From assembly GCA_965222075.1 (NCBI GenBank), contig OZ244937.1, positions 1,280,001 to 1,344,000 on the forward strand: a stretch of 64,000 bases of DNA, written 5' to 3'. Both the position numbers and the translations under genes were made by a program. Shown piece by piece: positions 49,135 through 58,141 of this stretch (the first letter of the stretch is position 1; every line of letters starts with the position of its first letter). This DNA is from Candidatus Latescibacterota bacterium (GTDB taxonomy: Bacteria; Latescibacterota; UBA2968; GCA-2709665). The notes beneath the pieces were generated by a model. It searched no databases and had not been told where the DNA came from. It was given only the letters and a program-made list of their open reading frames with translations.

Positions 49135-50178
49135 TTACATAAAGTTTCTGACCGCGCTTCCGTGCAGTTCGGAGATTTTCTCCGCAGCCGGCCGGTCAAA
49201 GCCCACCTGCATCAGTTCACGGGTGCGGGTCTTGTGCATGGTGTCGTAGAGGTCACGCAGCCGGTCCCTGCCCCGGTCCATCTGATCGGGCGATGAGCCC
49301 CCACCTGCCAGGACCATCATCGCCTTCTGCACGAAGGGGCTGGCGCCTGCGGCCTGCTGCAGGAAGGCGGTGCGCTTTTCTGCGGCTTGCGCCAACTGTT
49401 CCATAATTTGGGGGTTGCGCTCGATTTGATAGCCGATGTGGGAGAGGCCATATCCGACGTGCCGGCCCTCGTCCTGCCGCACGAGCTTGAAAATTTTCTG
49501 CGTGACGGGATCGGGCGCGATCTCTTCCAAGAATTTGAGTAGCTCCATAAAGGTGCCTTCTCCAAGCACGTGAAGGAGGAACGAGGCGTCGGTAAAGTCC
49601 TCCTGCGACAGCAGGCTTTGCAGGGACCACTCCGTGGCAGAAGAGACGTACTGCAGGCCGCCGCCGTTGGCAAGGGCGCGTTTGGTGAAGACCTCCACGT
49701 GGCGGGCCTCGTCCATGACCTGGCTTGAGAGGAACATCACGACCTCGGAGAACGAGGGGTCGATCCTGGGCAGGAATTTGGCGGGCAGGTAGAGCGCCAG
49801 GTATTCGTTCTGGATCATGAAGGTCGAGATCTGGCAGACCGCCTGTTCCAGGTCGCCAGGGAGTTCCGGCAACTCGTGCCAGGGGATATCGGTTGTGGCG
49901 TTCCACTGCCCCTGTTTGGCCTGCTCGACCAGGTCGGCGATGTTGTCCGTCCATACCTCGATTTTGCGATTGATGGGGAAGCCGAAATCGGGGGTGTTGG
50001 GATCCACAATAGACCCTCGCTGGGCCAGACCCTGGTTCGAGGGCGCCTGCTCGGAGACCTCACCTGCCTGCCCGACGAGGCAGTCGCGCAGGTTGATGCC
50101 CTTCCCCTCCTGGGGCAGCACCTTGATGCCCCAGTCCGGCTCTCCCCACCTGGATGTATCGGGAAGTTCGATGTTCAT
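49135..50178 (-). CDS. Ferritin-like di-iron protein
   Basis: 'NE..AL', 'DEARH', 'LGEG', 'DEGRH' carboxylate/His pairs. Confidence 0.85.
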   Translation of the reverse strand: MNIELPDTSRWGEPDWGIKVLPQEGKGINLRDCLVGQAGEVSEQAPSNQGLAQRGSIVDPNTPDFGFPINRKIEVWTDNIADLVEQAKQGQWNATTDIPWHELPELPGDLEQAVCQISTFMIQNEYLALYLPAKFLPRIDPSFSEVVMFLSSQVMDEARHVEVFTKRALANGGGLQYVSSATEWSLQSLLSQEDFTDASFLLHVLGEGTFMELLKFLEEIAPDPVTQKIFKLVRQDEGRHVGYGLSHIGYQIERNPQIMEQLAQAAEKRTAFLQQAAGASPFVQKAMMVLAGGGSSPDQMDRGRDRLRDLYDTMHKTRTRELMQVGFDRPAAEKISELHGSAVRNFM

Positions 50179-50232
50179 GGGCTGCTCCTTTCGACGGATT
50201 AATGTGAACTTAAACGCTTAAGGCGCCAAACG

Positions 50233-50266
50233 AAAAGGGGATTACGATCGCGCGGTCGTAATCCCC
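50233..50266 (-). terminator. Terminator downstream of tRNA-Arg
   Basis: GGGGATTACGACC/GATCGTAATCCCC stem + TTTT on minus strand. Confidence 0.8.
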
Positions 50267-50276
50267 CCGTAAATTC

Positions 50277-50353
50277 TGGTGCGGCTGCCAGGATTCGAAC
50301 CCGGAACCGTCTGATCCGTAGTCAGGTGCTCTATCCAGTTGAGCTACAGCCGC
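50277..50353 (-). tRNA. tRNA-Arg (anticodon ACG)
   Basis: GCGGCTG acceptor stem, D-loop TGG, anticodon loop CT-ACG-GA, GTTCGAATC T-loop, encoded CCA; 77 nt. Confidence 0.97.
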
Positions 50354-50408
50354 CTGGAAAGATATTACCTCAGAGACGTCTGCAAAAACGCCTCCTGGGA
50401 GGCTGCTA

Positions 50409-50437
50409 AAAGTAGTCAAACGATACGGGCGTGTCAA
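50409..50437 (-). promoter_or_regulatory. tRNA promoter
   Basis: Minus strand TTGACA-N17-TACTTT. Confidence 0.7.
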
Positions 50438-50462
50438 GCTGTTTCCTGCAGATGAAAGCCGG

Positions 50463-53400
50463 CTATTCGGGTTCGGGCTTCATCAGAACGAAGGCCGCGA
50501 GGTCGCCAGCGTTGGCGGGCGAACCGCCATTCAACGTCTGGCAGACCTGTTCGATATCGGGATGGCTGTAACCGGCGTCACGCCGAATGACGCTTTGGGA
50601 ATCTCGTGCCTGTGATAGCACATCCTGCCAACGGGACAACGCTTTATCGTCAAGAAGCTCCAGCGCGTCACTCGCACCGCCGTCAGGACTGGCCGCAAGG
50701 TTCCGAATCAGCTCGTGGACGAGCCAGGCGGCTTGCATTTCAGGCCCAACCCACCCCCCCTCATCACCATCGGCACCATCACTCCATGCCTGATCGGGTC
50801 CGACGTAGCTTCCAACAAGGCGGATGAGGAGTTCCAATCCCGGAAATCCCAGCTCATGGAAGGAAAACCGCACGGGATCCTGGAAGCAAAAGAACGCCGC
50901 CACGCGTTGAATCCGGCGCTCCTGGCCCCATACGAAGTCTTTCAGGAGATCATTGTACGTCCCCGGCGAAACAATGAGGCCCGCCGCCAACCAGTGCACG
51001 CGCTGAGCGACGTTCATGCTCGTCCGGGACAGCTTCCTTTCGATCAGTTCTTGAAACAACGCTCTGTCGGCGTGTTGAAGTGCAGCCCACAGCAGATGAT
51101 CCAATGCTTTGATGTGCTTCAGCTTGCAGCGAATCGGAAAGGCGCGGAGCAGGGGCAAGCTCGCGTGCCGAGCGACCTGAGCGTGGTCCGGCGCGTGGGC
51201 GAGTTCCCAGAGCTTGTATATACTCTCGCGATCGCCGCGGAACTCGGAAACGGCGAATCGCACCTGTACGTCGGCTACGATCTCAGGGCGCGCCTCAAGA
51301 AGCCGTCGATACCATTTGGGCCGATAACCCCCGTGGGCCGTACAGTAATAAAACGCGACCGCCTTGCGAATCCGGCCGTCGTCCCACCCGGATGGGCCTT
51401 CCGGCGCCGTCCTCTCAATTTCCGCCAGGCCCGCGAGGAACGGCCAGCCGAGATAATGCATGTGGCCTTTCTCTCTAAGGGCGAGAATCTCATCGATGTT
51501 TGGGACATCCTCCCGGTCAATTGTACCACGAAGACCCTGAAGCGTGGCATCGATCAAACCACGGTCGCCCCGGAGCCGTTTCTCGATGGCCTTCGGTCCG
51601 TCGTCGTTGAAATCGTAGAAGTTTCCGAAGTACTGCTTCGCCATCTGGTAGAGCAGGTCGGGTGCGGTCCGGTTCTCGCGCAGCGCGGCCTCGTTGGACC
51701 GGACATGGTCAAGCCATTGCTCCTCTTGCCGCCTCCGCTGATCAATGTATCGGTCTCGGCGCCTGCCCCGGTTTTCCAGCCCATAATCTGGCGGCGGAGT
51801 ACGCAGCTGAGCGAGATGCGCTTTCAACGCTTCGTTCTTCTGTGAGTGTTCCTCCAGAAGTTCGAGCGACAGGCCCTCGTTACCGCTCCGGTCGGTATGG
51901 GACCGCCAGGCGAGTTCCAACAGGTGTTCCGCAACCCGCGGTTTCGTGTCCACCATGGCGACGGCCTGCTTCAGACACCAGCGGCCGAAGTCGGGCGGCA
52001 GACTGGCGCCGTACAGGCGCTTTTGGACGTTGAACGCGTGATACCTGAATTCGTTGGACTCAGCACAACGGTCTAATCCCTCAACGATGATTTTCTTTTG
52101 GACCTCGGGGCGCTGCTCCAGCCAGGAGCGTATGCGGTGGATCGATCCGTCGTTCCAGGAGGCCTCCGGGTGCCAGTCCTCCGAACCCACGCTGAGCCAG
52201 TCGTACAGACGCCCCGGTTCTATCCGGTCTCCATGTATTTCCAGACTGCGAGCCAGGAGGATCATCAGCGGGCGGTCCAATTGATGGACCTCCAGGGCGG
52301 GGCGCAAGCCGGGAAGCCGCTGCTGCAGATTGTCGAGGAGTTCGGCCACTTGCTCGTCCGAGGACTTCTCTATCAGTCCCGTATCCCAAAACCGGCAGTG
52401 CTTTCCGATAAGATCCGGGTTCCTTTTTTCGGAAAGGTAGTTCCACACCTCCGTGGGAGGCAGTTCCCGGGGGTAGAGGTGGTATAGCAGGGTCCCGAGG
52501 AGTTCGTTGTCCGGATCGGAGACGCTCCCATTTTGAATATCGGCCAGGAGCGCTTTGAGCTTGCTTGTTTTGTCCTGACCGCAGTGGATGAATGCGTTGA
52601 GGGCTAATGTATTGATACCCGGCGACCATGTGTCGTCGCGGACGATGTCGAGCAGAATCCTGGAAAGACCCGGCAGGGGTGTACCCCCGCGCAGAAGTCT
52701 CAGTACGAATCCGGCGAACAACTGATGCTCTTTTTGCCGGCTGGAGTCATTCAGGACTCTCCTGAACTCCGGCTCCATGTCGGGTGTGGCGAGAGGTCCG
52801 AAGGCTGAGGCCGCCGGAAACACGGAACCGAGCCGGGACACCTCACGGTTCAAGGCCTTCAGGAGGGTGTGTTTCTCGTCAAGCGAGAACCCGCGGATAT
52901 CGCCGTATAGCCCGACGCCGATAGGATCCCGCTCGATGAGGTTCGCCCGGGCGTTCTTGCAATGGGCCGCGAGCCAGGCGGACAGGCCTCTCATCTCGGT
53001 GACTGCGATTTCGTCCTCTCCGGTAATCAGGCCGAGGATGCGCCGAGCGGGAAGTCCGTCGTCAATGCGCTGAGCGAGGTGCCGTGCGCCGAGGAATTCG
53101 GCGATGTGACGGTGAACCGGGGTGAAGCGGTTATTGGTTTCTCCCTTGAATAACTTCGTGGAGAGCGCAGACCGGAGCGCGTCGGGGCTGTCGTAGTCGC
53201 ACTGGCTCAGAGCGGGATAGTCTTCGTCCGGCTGGCCGTGGTCCAGCGTGTACCCGGCGGTGCCCGAAATCAGTTGAACGGCGCAGAGGCGTCCGGCGGC
53301 GTAGAGGAGTTGGTCGGGCGCAGGCGGCGACGCTCCAAGCCTGTGTTCTTCGTTGTGCTCACAGACCAATTGCAAACAAGCTTTCTTGAACGTTTCCAGG

Positions 53401-54020
53401 CGGCTTTCCGGCCAAACGCCACTCCCGGCCACAACGTCGGCCAGCATCTTGAGGCTCTGTGGGTTTGCCAGCAGTCCGTCGACGCTTCGCTTCCGGGCTT
53501 CCGCGATGAATGCCCGGGCATCACCGATATCCATGCTGGTTAAAATCCAGACAATGTCCGATTTCGTCAGGAGATCGAGACGCAAGACAGTCACAGCGGA
53601 ATCTGGCGAGACGGACGCCAGGTGCTTGCGATCGTTTGTCCCGAGCCAGTCCGCTACCCGGCACGACAAACGGAAACGGGGCCGGCCTAATGCGTCGAGA
53701 CGCCTGCGGACTTCGTCGAATGGCGTGCGCACGTCGGGCGAGCCGGCCCGGACCTCGTCGAGTCCGTCGATAAATAGCGTCGTCCCGTGCCAATCGGGTC
53801 GATCTTCAAACGTAATGAAGTCCCGCGCGGAGACGTAGAATCCCCCTTGACGAGTGGCCTCGCGCCTGAACGAGGTCGTCTTGCCGGACCCGGGATCTCC
53901 GAGCAGCACGTAGGCCGGCCTGTCCCGGAACGCTTTCAGGGGTCGGGAATCCTTCTGCTGATTCCGATTCTCCTCCGGCGGTGGGATCTCGGTGCACGTG
54001 CGGGGGACGATGGTGTTCAT
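50463..54020 (-). CDS. NACHT/STAND NTPase with long helical region, probably C-terminally truncated
   Basis: Walker A GDPGSGKT, Walker B LFIDGLDE, 'LSCR..DW', 'NP..L', 'HR.IAEFL.A'. Confidence 0.85.
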   Translation of the reverse strand: MNTIVPRTCTEIPPPEENRNQQKDSRPLKAFRDRPAYVLLGDPGSGKTTSFRREATRQGGFYVSARDFITFEDRPDWHGTTLFIDGLDEVRAGSPDVRTPFDEVRRRLDALGRPRFRLSCRVADWLGTNDRKHLASVSPDSAVTVLRLDLLTKSDIVWILTSMDIGDARAFIAEARKRSVDGLLANPQSLKMLADVVAGSGVWPESRLETFKKACLQLVCEHNEEHRLGASPPAPDQLLYAAGRLCAVQLISGTAGYTLDHGQPDEDYPALSQCDYDSPDALRSALSTKLFKGETNNRFTPVHRHIAEFLGARHLAQRIDDGLPARRILGLITGEDEIAVTEMRGLSAWLAAHCKNARANLIERDPIGVGLYGDIRGFSLDEKHTLLKALNREVSRLGSVFPAASAFGPLATPDMEPEFRRVLNDSSRQKEHQLFAGFVLRLLRGGTPLPGLSRILLDIVRDDTWSPGINTLALNAFIHCGQDKTSKLKALLADIQNGSVSDPDNELLGTLLYHLYPRELPPTEVWNYLSEKRNPDLIGKHCRFWDTGLIEKSSDEQVAELLDNLQQRLPGLRPALEVHQLDRPLMILLARSLEIHGDRIEPGRLYDWLSVGSEDWHPEASWNDGSIHRIRSWLEQRPEVQKKIIVEGLDRCAESNEFRYHAFNVQKRLYGASLPPDFGRWCLKQAVAMVDTKPRVAEHLLELAWRSHTDRSGNEGLSLELLEEHSQKNEALKAHLAQLRTPPPDYGLENRGRRRDRYIDQRRRQEEQWLDHVRSNEAALRENRTAPDLLYQMAKQYFGNFYDFNDDGPKAIEKRLRGDRGLIDATLQGLRGTIDREDVPNIDEILALREKGHMHYLGWPFLAGLAEIERTAPEGPSGWDDGRIRKAVAFYYCTAHGGYRPKWYRRLLEARPEIVADVQVRFAVSEFRGDRESIYKLWELAHAPDHAQVARHASLPLLRAFPIRCKLKHIKALDHLLWAALQHADRALFQELIERKLSRTSMNVAQRVHWLAAGLIVSPGTYNDLLKDFVWGQERRIQRVAAFFCFQDPVRFSFHELGFPGLELLIRLVGSYVGPDQAWSDGADGDEGGWVGPEMQAAWLVHELIRNLAASPDGGASDALELLDDKALSRWQDVLSQARDSQSVIRRDAGYSHPDIEQVCQTLNGGSPANAGDLAAFVLMKPEPE

Positions 54021-55270
54021 ACTTCCTCGAACCAGTGATGGGCGGGCACTGTGAGAAACGCATCGAGTGGTATATTGCCTTCCCCAACGAGCAGCGAGCG
54101 AAGGGGATCAAATTTTTGCTCAAATGCAGACATTCCTCTCAGGGGAAACGTCTTTGAGCCGCTTTTCACTTCGATGGCGATGATCCGAGGGCCACGTTGC
54201 AGGACGAAATCGACCTCGTCCGAGCTTTCCCGCCAGTAGTGGAGGCTGATGTCCGGCGTCGCAGTATTGAACAGGTGCGCGCCGACCGCGCTCTCGACAA
54301 TGCGCCCCCAGAATGAGCGGTCCGCTTGCGCTTCATCAAAGGAGTAGCCTGAATCGGCCGTCATCAGGGCCGTGTTGAGCACACAGAGCTTGGGGCTTGA
54401 GGCCCTGCGTCGATGCGCCTGCCTGGAATACTTCGACACCCCTGCGAGCAACCCGGCGCTTGAGAGCAGGTCGAGGTAACGGGCCAGGGTGGTCGTGTTG
54501 CCGGCGTCATGGAGCTGGCCCAGCATCTTGTTGTACGACAGGATCTGCCCGGAATAGGTGGCCCCCAACTCGAAGAGCCGTTTCAGCAGCGCCGGCTTGT
54601 CCACCCGGGTCATCGCGAGGATATCCCTCTCGATGTTCGGCTCGACGAGCGCGCCGAAGATATAGTTGCGCCACCGATCCGGGTCTCGAACGAAGGGAAC
54701 AGCGCCCGGGTAGCCTCCAAAATAGAGATATTTCGGCAGGTCGAAGCCGAAGGCCTCCGACATTTCCGCGAACGACCAGTGGGTGACACGGATCGATTCA
54801 AAGCGGCCGGCGAGGCTCTCACTCAATCCCGATTGCAGCAGCAGCGGGGCCGAGCCCAGGATAACCACGTGCAAGGGGCAGGCTCTGGCGCGGTCGGCGT
54901 CCCACAAGCCCTTGACGGTTTCCGACCACTGGGGAATCTTCTGAATCTCGTCAATCGCCAGCACGAATCCGCGCCCAAATCGTTCCGCCTCGCGCCGGGC
55001 TTCTTCCCAGTTGCGCACCAGCCATTCCGTGTCCCGCACCTGTGGCACAAGGTAGGTGGCCCCGGCCGTATCGGGGGGGACGCGGAATTCGGCAGAGTCG
55101 GGTTCGTCAACGGCCAGGTAGCGGCTTTCGAGGTCGATCTGCCGCAGCGCCTGGCGCACGATGGTGGTCTTGCCGGTCTGGCGTGGCCCGAACAGGGCGA
55201 TGAGCCGGTGGGGCGCCTCGGCCAGCCGGTGGCAGAGCGTGGTGACCTGAGAACGTTGGAAAGGTTCCAT
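54017..55270 (-). CDS. AAA_14 ATPase with DUF4143 (PD-(D/E)XK-like) C-terminus
   Basis: GPRQTGKT, 'IDEIQ', 'ESLAGR', 'GGYP', 'EVDFV....IEVKSG'. Confidence 0.92.
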   Translation of the reverse strand: MEPFQRSQVTTLCHRLAEAPHRLIALFGPRQTGKTTIVRQALRQIDLESRYLAVDEPDSAEFRVPPDTAGATYLVPQVRDTEWLVRNWEEARREAERFGRGFVLAIDEIQKIPQWSETVKGLWDADRARACPLHVVILGSAPLLLQSGLSESLAGRFESIRVTHWSFAEMSEAFGFDLPKYLYFGGYPGAVPFVRDPDRWRNYIFGALVEPNIERDILAMTRVDKPALLKRLFELGATYSGQILSYNKMLGQLHDAGNTTTLARYLDLLSSAGLLAGVSKYSRQAHRRRASSPKLCVLNTALMTADSGYSFDEAQADRSFWGRIVESAVGAHLFNTATPDISLHYWRESSDEVDFVLQRGPRIIAIEVKSGSKTFPLRGMSAFEQKFDPLRSLLVGEGNIPLDAFLTVPAHHWFEEV

Positions 55271-55277
55271 GTATGAA

Positions 55278-55306
55278 AATTTACTCTATTGAGTAAAAAT
55301 AGTCAA
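55278..55306 (-). promoter_or_regulatory. Leaderless-type sigma70 promoter with palindromic operator
   Basis: TTGACT-N17-TAAATT ending 7 nt before the ATG; TTTACTC-N4-GAGTAAA at 55280-55297. Confidence 0.65.
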
Positions 55307-55456
55307 GAGAGTAATCAATCAAATGTCCCCGTTTCCTTCCGTCGGTCAGGTGCTTGGATTTTACTTGACAATCAAACCCTGGAGCTTACGTTAAACAGGG
55401 CGTGTGAAGCAGTTCTGTTTTCGACATCTCAATCCATGGAGGAAAGGAGAGACACC

Positions 55457-56582
55457 ATGCGGGGCGTGATCAGGAGCGTTCTCGTTCTCGTCTTACTGGG
55501 GCTCTTCACGGTTGCCTGTCTGCCGGCCAGGCAGGTAGCAGCCGAACTTCCGCCGGATATTATGGCTGAAGCTGAACGGAGACGGGCTGAAGCTGAACAG
55601 CGACAGGCTGAAAAACAGGCAGAACGGCTGATTGCGAAAAAAGATTATGGGGCCGCTCGCGAGGCGTTGGATAAGATTGTCGCTTTGCAAAGAGAGCACT
55701 ATATCACATTGTCTGACCAGTTTCACTTCATGTATGCACGGGTGGCTTTGTCGGAAGGCTCAATCTCGATCGCAATCGACTCGGCGAAGAGGTATTTGTC
55801 GGCGGCAGGGACGGCAGGCAAGTTCCATAAGGAGGCACTGGCGTTGTTGGACGAGGCTGAACAGATGATGTTTCCGCTTGAGCCGGAGATGGTGGTGATT
55901 CCAGCGGGGCGTTTTCGGATGGGCTGCTTATCCGACTGCGAAGCCATGATGGACTATGCGAAGCCGGTGCACGAGGTGACGATTGAGTCATTCGCGCTGT
56001 CGAAGTACGAGGTGACGTTCGCGGAGTACGATCGCTTCACGGCTGCGACGGGTAGAGATCGGGCGTGGGATAGAGGCTGGGGCCGTGGCCGCCGTCCGGT
56101 GATCTACGTTTCGTGGGAGGAATGCGGTGGCGTATACGGAGTGGCTATCTGCCCACACGGGGGAACGCTACCGTTTGCCGAGCGAGGCGGAGTGGGAGTA
56201 TGCGGCGCGCGCGGGATCGGGGACGGTGTATAGCTGGGGGAATGAGATTGGCCGGGGCCGGGCCAATTGTGATGGTTGCGGCAGTCAATGGGACAATAAG
56301 AAGACGGCTCCGGTGGGTTCGTTCGGTGCCAACGCGTGGGGCCTGCACGACATGCACGGCAACTTGTGGGAGTGGGTGCAGGACTGCTGGAATGACAGTT
56401 ACCGGGGGGCGCCGACGAACGGGTCGGCCTGGGAGAGCGGCAACTGCTCGCGTCGCGTGTTGCGCGGCGGCTCGTGGAACTACAACCCCAGGAACCTCCG
56501 CGCCGCGGACCGCAGCTGGGGCACCACCGGCGATCGGATCATCAACAACGGTTTCCGTGTTGCCCGGACGCTTACTCCTTGA
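55457..56582 (+). CDS. Secreted FGE-sulfatase (SUMF1/C-type lectin fold) protein with helical N-terminus; +1 frameshift near 56121; DGR target-like C-terminus
   Basis: AAGGAG RBS; 'PEMVVIPAGRFRMG', 'RPVIYVSW', 'YRLPSEAEWEYAARAG', 'GLHDMHGNLWEW', 'RVLRGGSW', 'GFRVAR'. Confidence 0.88.
55515..55535. mobile_element. 21-bp palindromic mini-element CCTGTCTG-CCGGC-CAGGCAGG, in frame
   Basis: Removal restores signal peptide LGLFTVVAA-EL. Confidence 0.7.
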
Positions 56583-56691
56583 ATCTTCACCTCTTTACCT
56601 CTTGGGGGGGTCCAGGGGGACATTGCCCCCCTGAGGTCTTCTGTTTGGCAAAGGGGAGCAAGGAAATACACCTGAAAGTGGGAATTTGTTT

Positions 56692-58023
56692 ATGACAAGG
56701 ACGATGTTGAGATTCGTGGTGGCGCTGTCGGCATGCTTGCCGTCAGTCTTTCCCGGCACGCAGGCTTGCGCCGCCGGGGCAGGTTCTGAAAAATTCGATC
56801 CACCGGCGCTATACCTGACCTGGCAAGGCGATCCGACGACGACCATGACCATCCGGTGGCACAGCAACAAGGAGAACAAGCGCGACGACGTTGTCGAGTA
56901 CCAACAGCGCGGCGCGTCGGAATGGCGCTCTGCGAAAGGTTGTCACCACGATATGAGCCACTCCGAGCGGATCGTCCATGTGGTGGAGTTAACGGGTCTG
57001 GATCCAGGGGCGGTGTATCGGTTTCGGCTGGGGGAAGATAGCGCTGTGTATCAATTCCGTACGATGCCCAGCGATTTGACGAGCGAGGAAGTTCGCTTTG
57101 TTGTAGGTGGCGATACCTATGGTAAACCGAGATGGTGGTACCCGAAAGACTGGTTCCGAAGGGGCCGGCATTACTATGAGCTGTTGAGAAAGACCAACCT
57201 GAAGGCGTCCAAAACGTCGCCGATGTTTGTGGTGATCGGCGGGGATTTTACGTATTCCAACGGGGAGGAGGGTCAGGCGGAACGCTGGTATAAGTGGCTA
57301 ACTGCATGGAAGGAGGATATGGTTACATCCGACAGCCTGTTGATCCCTCTGATGCCGGTGATCGGCAACCACGAGGTGGTCAAAGGGTATAAGAAAGACT
57401 GGTATAAACCGAATAAACCGTCCTCTCCTGCGACACAGGCGCCCTATTTCTACAGTCTGTTCATCGCGCCCGACAGCTCAAGCTACCGGGTGCTGGACTT
57501 TGGTAACTATATGAGCCTGATTCTGTTGGATTCGGGGCATACGACCTTTGTCGACGAACAGGAGCAGTGGCTGGCCGACACACTGGAAGCGCGGCTGGAG
57601 GTGCCCTACAAGTTCGCGGCCTATCACGTGCCTGCCTATCCCTCGGCCTGCGACTCTAGCGACGAGATTCCCACGCGCATTCGCAAGTGGTGGGTACCGC
57701 TGTTCGAGCAGTTCGAGTTGGATGTGGCCTTTGAACACCACGACCATACATACAAGCGTACTCATAATCTGAACGGGGTGGTATACCTCGGAGGCGGGGC
57801 CTGGGGAAAGGAGCGTAAACCCAAGCCGAACCGGTGGTACTTAGCAACAGCCCAAAAGGAGTATCATTTCATCCTGGTGAAACTCCAGGAACAGACAGCG
57901 CTGTTCCAGGCGATTGACAGCAATGGGCAGGTTTTCGACGAATATTCTAAACCGGCACCGAGATCTGCTCCTTTCCCGCGACCTCAATTCTGCCTTCAAC
58001 AACTGCACCGCTTTGAACGGTAA
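56692..58023 (+). CDS. Purple acid phosphatase-like metallophosphoesterase with N-terminal FN3-like domain
   Basis: 'LTW..DP.TTMTI.W', 'GGD', 'GGDFTY', 'GNHE', 'AYHVPAYPS', 'FEHHDHTYKRT'. Confidence 0.88.
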   Translation: MTRTMLRFVVALSACLPSVFPGTQACAAGAGSEKFDPPALYLTWQGDPTTTMTIRWHSNKENKRDDVVEYQQRGASEWRSAKGCHHDMSHSERIVHVVELTGLDPGAVYRFRLGEDSAVYQFRTMPSDLTSEEVRFVVGGDTYGKPRWWYPKDWFRRGRHYYELLRKTNLKASKTSPMFVVIGGDFTYSNGEEGQAERWYKWLTAWKEDMVTSDSLLIPLMPVIGNHEVVKGYKKDWYKPNKPSSPATQAPYFYSLFIAPDSSSYRVLDFGNYMSLILLDSGHTTFVDEQEQWLADTLEARLEVPYKFAAYHVPAYPSACDSSDEIPTRIRKWWVPLFEQFELDVAFEHHDHTYKRTHNLNGVVYLGGGAWGKERKPKPNRWYLATAQKEYHFILVKLQEQTALFQAIDSNGQVFDEYSKPAPRSAPFPRPQFCLQQLHRFER

Positions 58024-58141
58024 AGATTGGGAGTTGCGCCTGATACCTTATCTGCCAGCGGCAGGCGCCCCTCTTGCTCCGCATCAATCGTATGGCTTTG
58101 GTCTGAAGTTTACCGACATTTGGAACAGAAGGGGGAGCGTG

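Noticed and set aside
50210-50353. tRNA-Arg as integration site (att duplication)
   Set aside because: No duplicated tRNA 3' end and no integrase found in the window; native terminator directly follows
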